60,867 nucleotides of DNA, taken from the IMG/VR virus record IMGVR_UViG_3300017989_000014, positions 1 to 60,867 of that record; one strand, 5' to 3'. A program made the translations under genes and the position numbers. Below, piece after piece: positions 17,201 to 26,200 of this stretch. The stretch's first letter is position 1; each line of letters opens with the position of its first letter. This DNA comes from a virus. Lineage: Duplodnaviria; Caudoviricetes. The notes under the pieces are model-generated. The model searched no databases. It worked only from the letters and a program-made list of their open reading frames with translations, and was not told where the DNA came from.

Positions 17201-20200
17201 CGATAGGTGTCGTACTTCTTGTCTTCACCGATGTTCCAAGGGTTCCACCACGCCGTCAGGCGCTCCAGCTCGTATCGGATCTCCTCCTTGGTGTAGACGC
17301 CAAGATCGTGAGACGCCTGCTTCATCTTGTCCCGGAACAGCTCTTTCCACATCTCGCGGTACTGGGTGCCTTCCGGCTTGAGGCCCAGCTTCTCCATCTC
17401 GGCCTTGGCCTCAGCCTTGGCTTCCTCGCGCAGCTTCTCCCTGGCCTCCTTGTTGACCTCGGGGTTCTTCTCGTATGCCTCGGGGGTCGCAGCGATCAGG
17501 TCCTTCTGGAACGCAGCGAAGTCGGCAATGCGGCCGAGGATGTTCAGGATGTTGTCCTCTCGAACGATGTTCTCCTTGTCGAAGTAGTCGTTCATGTGGC
17601 CCAGCTCGTGTGCCAGCACCTTCGCGGCCAGCTCAGGGTTATTGATGAGTGCGAACTTCAGCGCAATCTCGGTTTTGCCCTTCTTCGGCACGAAGTGCCC
17701 GAGCACTCCCTTGCCCAGACTATCGGCTAGACGCGGGTACTTGTTGAGCAGGGCCTTGCACAGCATGACCAGCTCCGGCATCTCGACCCGGTACTCCAGG
17801 TCCTCCTGCATCGACCAGGAGCCGACCTCGCGGGCGTCCATGATAGCCTTCGCCTGTTCTGGCGTGAGGGGGGCCTCCGGGCGTCCTCCACCGATCAGGT
17901 CAGCATGGTCGAATCCGTCGTTGAGCTTACCCATGCGCAGCGGCTTCGTGCTCATGTCCGGGCTGGCGTGCGTGAGGGACTCAGTCAGGTCGGCAGGAAC
18001 CGCACCCGAATCCACCTCAAATGCCGGGTGGGTCAGCGCGATCAACTCGACCAGCGATTCCATGTCGAATGCGGGCATGGTCCCGACCCAGGACCTTTTC
18101 GTCTCCGTCATGGCCTCTTCATCAAGAAGGTCCAGCAGACCCTCCGAATCCTTCAGCGCGTTCCCTACCTTCCCCTTCAGCAGCTCCACATTCACGCGCC
18201 CATCGCCGAGCATCAACTCCAACCGCCACGGGCCAGCCGACACAGCGATGTTCAGCACACCGCTGTCATTGGCTCCGTTAATGATCTTCATCAAGTTATC
18301 TTTGTCGACCGTCACGTGCGGTGCTGCCTCGATCTCGTTCTTCGGCTTCACGCCGCGCATCGTGCTGCCGTCTGCCATGGTGAAGTTGACCACCGTCCCC
18401 CCACCACCGAGAGCGATCACCGACGACATCGCCTGGAGTAGATTGCCAGTGACGAGCTGTATGTCGCTGTACTCCTGCCCGCGCCGGGCGTCCCAACTCT
18501 TGCCGATGTCTCTGCGCACTCGGGCGTAGTCAAGGTCCGTTGCCCGGGCGGTGTTAGAGTTCGCTGCGCCTTCGTCTTTGGCGCGGCGCTCTGCAATCTC
18601 TCGCGCCCGGTTGTACATCCAGCTTACCTTCGACCACGGCAGCTTCATGGTTCGAGACGATTTCGGGTCAGCGAAGAACAGGTACACATTCGATCTTGCG
18701 GCGGGGTTGGTGGCGTTCTGGTCTACCTTCACGCCAGTCAGCACCATGCCCATGTGCCACTTGCCGCGCTCGCGGATGTCCGTCTCATGACCCTTCTCGC
18801 TTACGTCGTAGACCGCACCTATGCGCAGCTCTTCCTGTGTGTCACCGTTCAGGAATCTGACGGCCTCACGGATCTGGCGCATTGCCCTGCTGCCCCGAGC
18901 GCCCGTGCCTTCCTTCATCAGCTCACGCGCCCACGGCATGGACTGTTCTTGGATGATACGCAGCGCGGCCGACACCTGCCCCTTGTTCTTCTCGACGCGC
19001 TCCTGTACGTCCTTCCAGGACGGCGGGCGCTTCAGGTTCTTCACTCGATACCACTTCGCCGTTGCGCTGCTCGTAAGAGGGTTGGACTGGTCGCTACCGA
19101 AGGAGATCGGAATCTTGCCCTTATCGGGCAGCTCAACCGCATCCCACTCCAGGTGATACGTCTTGTTCGGGTTGGCGAGATCCTCGTCGAGCTGATCCAT
19201 CTGGTCGAGGTAGGACTGCAACACGCGGTCCCACAGCTTGCGCTGCTCCTTGACCGGTAAGAGGTTGGCCCGCAGGAGTGCTCGCTTCGCGAAACCCTCC
19301 TGCTTATTCCAGGAAGTCTTGGCCATCGTGCCGTCGTCCTGGTAGGCGACGAGCATTTGCTCGCCAAGCTCACGGTCGTTGTTGAACAGGTCCCACACAA
19401 TCCGGTCACCGAACTTGTCGAACAGGTCGACGGACCCGTACTTCAAGCTCGTCTCGGCCTCGGCACTGACGTTGGCGTTCAGGCTAGCCATCTTCTTCAT
19501 GAGCACGCCGTGCGGCCGCAGCTCGATCGGAAGGTGCGTCTGGAGCAACCTGATCTCGGGCAGCTTGATCTGTCCGGAACGGTTGACGCGCCCGAACATC
19601 TGCACCTGGGTGTTCACTTCTTCGTGCGGCTGAATCGTGAGCATGACGCGCTGGTCGTCATTCTGGAACTCCGGTGCGGTGTGCATAGAGACACCAGTCG
19701 AGATAGTCGAGTTGCCTATGACGACACGGAAGTCACCACGGTTGAACCCGTCGATTACGGTGCGCGTGTTGCGCTCCTCTGTCGACCTCGGGACCAGCTT
19801 GCCGTCCTTGATCTTGTTCTTCCTGCCGGACGCTTCAGCGACCTTGATCCCGTTTGCTTCGAGCTGGTCTCGAATGTAGTCGTACGACGAGAATGGAATC
19901 CCCAACTGAGAAGCCTTGACCTTGGCCACTTCCGCCTTGAACTCATCCAGCAGCCCCGCAGCCTTCAGGTCTGCATCCGTGATCCAGTAGATATTGTCCT
20001 TCTTGCCTGCCGCATCGGTGTACGAGAACTGGCGCAGGGTCTTGTTCATCATCCAGACAAGCACGCCGCTGAAGTCGGTCGGGAGCGTCTCCCCGTCCCA
20101 GATACGAGAGTCGGTCATGTCGTCGATGACTGTCTCCATCGTGTTCTGGGTCGTGATGACGAGGCTTCGGTCGCCAGACTCACCCGGTTGATTCAGGTAG

Positions 20201-23200
20201 CGAAGGGTCTCCGCTACCGCTGCGTCCGCCTTCGCAGACAGGAGGAAGTAGTTGACCGTAGTGTGGTACAACTCCTTGTACTCAGCCCAGTTGTACACCG
20301 GCTGTCCGGTCTTCTTGTCGACCTTGATCTTCCCCTCTGCGACCAGCCGTGGTAGCACGATCTTCGAGACCAACTTCTGCAACCTGGAGTCCCAGGCCCA
20401 GATGGCCTTCATACTCACGCCGAGCTTGTCCGCTGCTTCCTCCAGCATCTTCCGCTTCTCTTCGGCCTCCATGTATCCGCTGCTCTCGTACGGCGTGAGG
20501 GGTCCGAACTCGATGCCACTGAAGTCCTTCTCGCGCCTCACCATTTGCCCCTTGAGGGCCAGGGCCTCGGCGATCCACTCCTGCATTGGGACACCGCCAG
20601 CCTCCAGCGCAGCGACGAGGTCGGAGTGGTTCATTCCGACCTTGCCCAACTGGGTCCTGATGTACAGGCCCAGTGTGTCCGGGCGCTTGGCGTACGTGGC
20701 AGACAGGTAGGTGACCCCTTCCGCCCTCGGGTTCTCGCCCGCACCTTCGAGCATGGCCCGCACCATGACCCCGGTGTTGCTGTCAGCGCCAGCAGCCATG
20801 TGGCTCTCGTCCAGGATCATCATGTTGTCCTGCGAGGCAACGGCAAGAAACAGCTTCTTGTTGACCCCACCTTGTGCGATCTGGGAGTAAGTCCCCATGA
20901 CGAGGTCCTTGCCCTCCATGAATGGAGCCTTCACCCCCTGCGTGTACTGCTTGCCGAAGTCTGCCTTCTCTTTCCCGCTCTTCTTCTTGAACAGCACCTC
21001 GGTACCGCCGCTCTCCGGGTCCATAACGTCGACCTCGTTGAGGACGAACGGCACGGGCAGCTTCTTGCCGAGCGCCTTCGATACAGCCTGTAGGTCACGA
21101 TAGATATCGGTGAGCAAGTCCTTCTTCGCTGTCAGGAATATCGGCTTCTTGCCGTTCTTGATCGACCACAGGAGCATACCCGCGCCGATGCGGCCCTTGC
21201 CCGTACCCGTGTCGTCACCGATGATGAGCGCGCCGTCGTTTTCGGTCTGGTACATCGACATGCCGAGCGCGTCGACCTGATGCCCGTAGAACGCGCTGTG
21301 TAACCTCTTGATCGCGGCCTCGTCTGTCCCCAGGCCGAGCTGGTCGGCGACGTATGCGTCGACCGTCATACCGACATCCTTCTCCAGGGCATCGATTGCG
21401 GCGTGGATGGCGTCACGCATGTTGCGCGGGACAAGCACACCGCCTGCCTTGTTCGCGCTGCGTGGCTCGTACTCTACCGTGAAGCTGATACCCTCATCGC
21501 CAAGGCGGTCCTCTTCTGCCTTCTTCTTGGCAGCGGCCTCTTCCTCCGCCTTCTTTTGCGCCTCAGCCTCCTTGGCCTCGGCCTGCTTGGCGTCCGCTTC
21601 TGCGGCCCCTTGCTCCAGCATGTCGACGACGTCCTGCGGAGTCATCTGGCCAACCACACGCGGATCGGTCATCTTCTCACGGATCGCAGCATCGGCGCGC
21701 TTGTAGATCGAGACGTACGCCGACGGCAGGTACGGGGTCGTCCCTTCCCCGAGGTTGTCGCGGAAGACCTTGGCGAAGCGGTAGAAGTCGGTAACGCCCT
21801 TCTCGTTCACGAGACGCTTACCGGCCTGCGCGACCTTCATGAGGATTTCGGGGTCGACGGCGGAAGCCATCGCCAAGCGCCCGCCGGGTCCACGCGGGAC
21901 CGCCATGCTGAAGACATCCTTCAGGTCGTCGAAGATGTCACCGGGGTCTACGTCCCCTTCAGCCACTCCCGGAGTAGATTCGTCCACTCCTGTAGCTGGT
22001 GTACCTCCAGCTTCTCCTCCGGGTTCGGCCGGGCTTTCGGGTCCAGCGGCGTCTCCTTCAGCGTCCCCTCGACCTTCTCCAGGTCCGGCTTCACGTCCTG
22101 TCCCCGCAGCGCCTTCTCCACCAGGGCCTCCATCGCCTGCAGGTTCCGGAATGACTTCAGGACCGCGTCCGACAGGTTCAGCAGGCTTGCCCCCTTCTGC
22201 TGCGCCGGTTCCATCGCCCCTTGGTCCACGTCCACCGGATCGCCCGTCTCCAGGTAATCCCGCAGATCCTGGTTGTCCTGGTCCCTCACCCGGCGCAATA
22301 TCCGTGCCAGCTTGGTCTGGTACAGCAGGCGGTACGGCTGTTCCTTCGGGTTCCCCGGCACGGTCAGCAGGAGATACAGTTCCTCCGTCGGCATCAGGTC
22401 TGGGTGATACCACCAGCTCATCAGTCGCCTCCTTGTCAATAGCACCAGGAAGGTCGAGGTTGACCGAGTCGGCCATCGCCCGCTCGAAGGGGTTGTAGTT
22501 CGTGTCCCCTTCCACCTTCCGCTGCCCTAGTTCACCTAGTATAGGGTTAATCTCGCTTTCAGTCAAGTCCGCGACCCGCTCTGCAAGCCCCTTCTCCTGG
22601 GCCGCAGGGCCAAGGATCTTGCGGGCAATGCTCTCCGCAGCGGTCATCGTCGGCACTTCACCGATCACCATACCGCCCAGCCTGCCAAGTCGAGGCCCGG
22701 TGGTGATGCGAACATCTCCGAGTTCGGTTGGTTTCAGCTCCGCCACTGCTGTCGCGGGCCCGTTCCCGCCATACAGCACGGTCCCGTCTGGTGCAGCGTC
22801 CGTCACGGTGTCTGTCACTGCGGGCAGGTAACGCCCTGCCTCGTCAGGCGGGGCAAGGACCTTCCGCTCCACGAGAGTCTTGAGCAATTCCCCAGCATCC
22901 TGGAACGACGTGCCGGGCGCGATGCGCTGGATCTTCCCCTGCGACAGGTAGTCGAAGTCGGGGCGCTGGACCTCTTTCTCGATTGTCTCTGCTACAGCCT
23001 GGATCTTCTCGGCCTTGTCCTTCGCCGCTGCGGCCCTTATCTCCTCCATGGAGGCGATCTTGTCCACAATCCCCTGTAGACCCTCTGCTTCGGCTTTGCG
23101 CCGCTCTGGCGAAGGCTCAGCCCCCTCCTCGACGGCCTCCAGCCTCTCGTCAAGCTCGGCCTGCATCTGCTCGATCTCGACCCGCTCCGGACCAGGAAGC

Positions 23201-26200
23201 TCGGCAATGGCGTCAGCGACCGTCTTGCGCTTAGCTGCGATGTCCTCTAGCTCGCCCTGTACAGTGGCTCGACGTGCCTCCTCGGCTTCACGCTCCGCCT
23301 GTTCGGCAGCAGCTTTCTCCTCTGCGGCCTTGCGCTCCTCGTAGGCTTCCTGTTTGCCTTCCTGCTTCGCGGCCTTGCGCCGGGCAGTCGCTGCGGCAAT
23401 ATCCTTGGCTCGCTGCTTCTCTTCAGCCGTCTGCGGCTGCTTCACGCCCCAGAACTGGCCTTGCGACTCGTACCCCATTCGCTTGAGGTCTGCGCGCTTG
23501 ATGCCTGCCATCCTCGCGGTGGACTTTTTGACCTGCTGGCCACGTTTCATCCTGCGGGCGAGTTGGACCCTGGCGTCCTTCACGGCCTTATTCCAGATCC
23601 CGTCAGCCTTCTTCGAGTCGCCAGCCGCAAACGCTTCTGCGTATTCCTCGGCCACCTCTCGGTAAGGCATCCACTCCATGGCCATATCGAGCGCTTCCTG
23701 GGCCGTGGATACATTCTCAGGCCCGAGCTGCGAGCTGATACGCGCCTGGAATAAGCGGTCGGCCTCTTTCTTCTCCTGGGCCAACTTCTCCGCGAGTTCT
23801 GCCTGCTCGGCCTCGTACTCCTCCAGCACCGAGTCCTGGCGCTGCTCTTCAGTGAGAGTGTCCGCGTCTTCCCCTGGCTCCATGAACTCTGCCATCGCCT
23901 CGAAGTCGTTACCGAGGCGCAGCTTCTCCTCGTCGCTCATGTTGTCGACGACATCATCTCCCAGGTACCCTTTCAGGTATTCGGACAGCTTCGGGTCAGC
24001 GCCATCAGTGAAGGTAACCTCTACCCTGTCGACTTTCGGAGGCTTCTTCACGTCGGTGGTGCGACGGGCTTCCTTCTTCCAACTGCTCGCAAGCTCTGGA
24101 TTGCGCTCTGCCTCGGCCTCATCGATCTCCCAGCCGTACAGCTTCGCGACAATCATCGGGTCTTCAATAGAGAATAGGGCTTCCAGCTCGAACTGCTCGA
24201 CCTCATCCAGCCCGTTGTTGTCTGCAGCCTTCTTGATAAGGTCGGCCGCACGCCCGTCGATATGGTCTACGACGTCACGCAGTCGCTTCGGGGTTGTCTC
24301 CTTGTTTGCTTCACGGCCGCGCAGAACAGCGGCAAGTACGCCGATGCGCCGTTCGGGCTGCTTCAGCTTGTCCTGGAGAAGCCTCGCGATATCGACAGCG
24401 CGATCCCGCCGCGACGTGCCGTGCGGGCCAACGATGTCTCCGTCTTTGTCGCTGGCGAGGTAGCCGAACACCTTCCCTCGCTCTTCCATGCGCTGCGCTA
24501 GCGGCACGGACCTCCGACGCTCCTCGACCTTGCCCATCCGGCGACCACGGCGCATCTGCTGGCCAGCGCCAGCAACGCCTGGGGTCCCACCGATGAGAGC
24601 GAAGATGCCAAGCTCTGTGAAGTACTGGTCGAGGTCCGTATGCGCGCCGACAAGACGCTCCAGCTTCCCACGCTTGTCTCCGGACGCACGCGGGTCCATG
24701 TTGAATCCGATCAGGATGGAGTCGGCCAAGCGCTCCTCACCGATCTCGAAGAAGATGCCATCGAACCCGCCAGCCTTCAGCGTCCCCTTCGCCCACCGAG
24801 CAGCCTTCGCCTTATTGGCTGCGCGCCAACCATTCGCAATGCGGTTGAGGATGTTGTGGCTCTTGGCAAGACCTGGGACCGTGTCGAACTTGGTGGCGTA
24901 CTTGCCGCTCTGCCGTAGCATCCAGAGAGGCTTGAACAGCATCTCCGAGCCTTCCTCGCCGAAGTTCTCCACGTACTGCCTGAATGCCGCAGTCGCAATA
25001 GCGGCCATCGGCCGGTCATGGAACTCCGAAATGAGCAGCCTGCCGTCATCGGTCAGTTCGTGATCGGACATCATGTGCAGGGCTTCAGCGCCGTACCGGT
25101 GGACCTGCGGCAGTGTACGAAGTCCGGCGCGCCCGCCCCACTTGGCGAACTCCCCGCCGATCCTCTTCATGAGGCCCTTGGCACCAGCCGTCTCAAGGTA
25201 GTCGCGCAACGCCTTGCGTCCGTATCGGTAGGCCCCAGCCTTCAGGGCACTCTTCAGTCCGCTGAACATCCCCATACTGGTGCCGAACTCAACCATGTGC
25301 GGCAGGGAACGCATCACCCCGGAACCCACCTTGGCCGACCGTGTCCACTCGCGATTCGACAACTCCTCGGCCTCTTCCAACCAGTTGAAGATCAACGCAG
25401 CATCCCGCTGCTGCATCGACTTGCCTTGCTCGGTATCAAGGTATGCGTTGTTGATGAACCGGTCGAACACGCCCTTCTTGAACAGGGCCTTGAAAAGCCC
25501 GGTAGGACTCCATGGGATATTGTTGGCGAAGTCGCCGTTCTCCCAGCTCTTCTTGACCAGATCCCATGCGCCGACCGGCTCCATCTGCTGGTACTCTTTC
25601 GGCGTGTAGTCCTTCTTCAGCTTCGGAGCCGCAAACAGCCAGTGGCCATCCTTACCGACACCGCCAGCCGCGTGGTACATTGACAAAGACTGCTGGATCT
25701 TCGCGTCGTTCAGGTTCTGCGCAATCTCCACCAGATCGTCAGTGCCGAAATGCTTCTTCAGGAACTCCGGGTTCTTGATGAGCCGCTCAGGGGGTATGAA
25801 GTTGTCGAACATCCACTGCAACTCGCAGAAGACAGCGCCCTCGGCTTCTGCCCTGGCCATCTCTCGCCCTCTCGCCTCGCGCTCGGCGTTGCGCACAGCC
25901 CACTGGCCGTTGAGCTTCCTGTCGGTCTTGCCGCGAAAGCGCTCGTGGTGGTCGTCATCGAGGAAGGCAGGATGCAGGTCTACATCACCAGCGGACTTCT
26001 GTGGTTCCCACGCCTTCTTGTAGTTCATGCTGAACCACTCGGCCTCGTCTACGGTGGGGAACTGGATTGCGTTGCCGGTCTTCTTCGCGTGCTCGACAGC
26101 CTTGTCGTGCGGAAGCTCTACCAGCTTCCCGTCCTCCCCGGCTACGACTGTCGGGAAGACGATGGCACCCTCGTCCGTCTCGGCGTATGCCATCTTGTGG

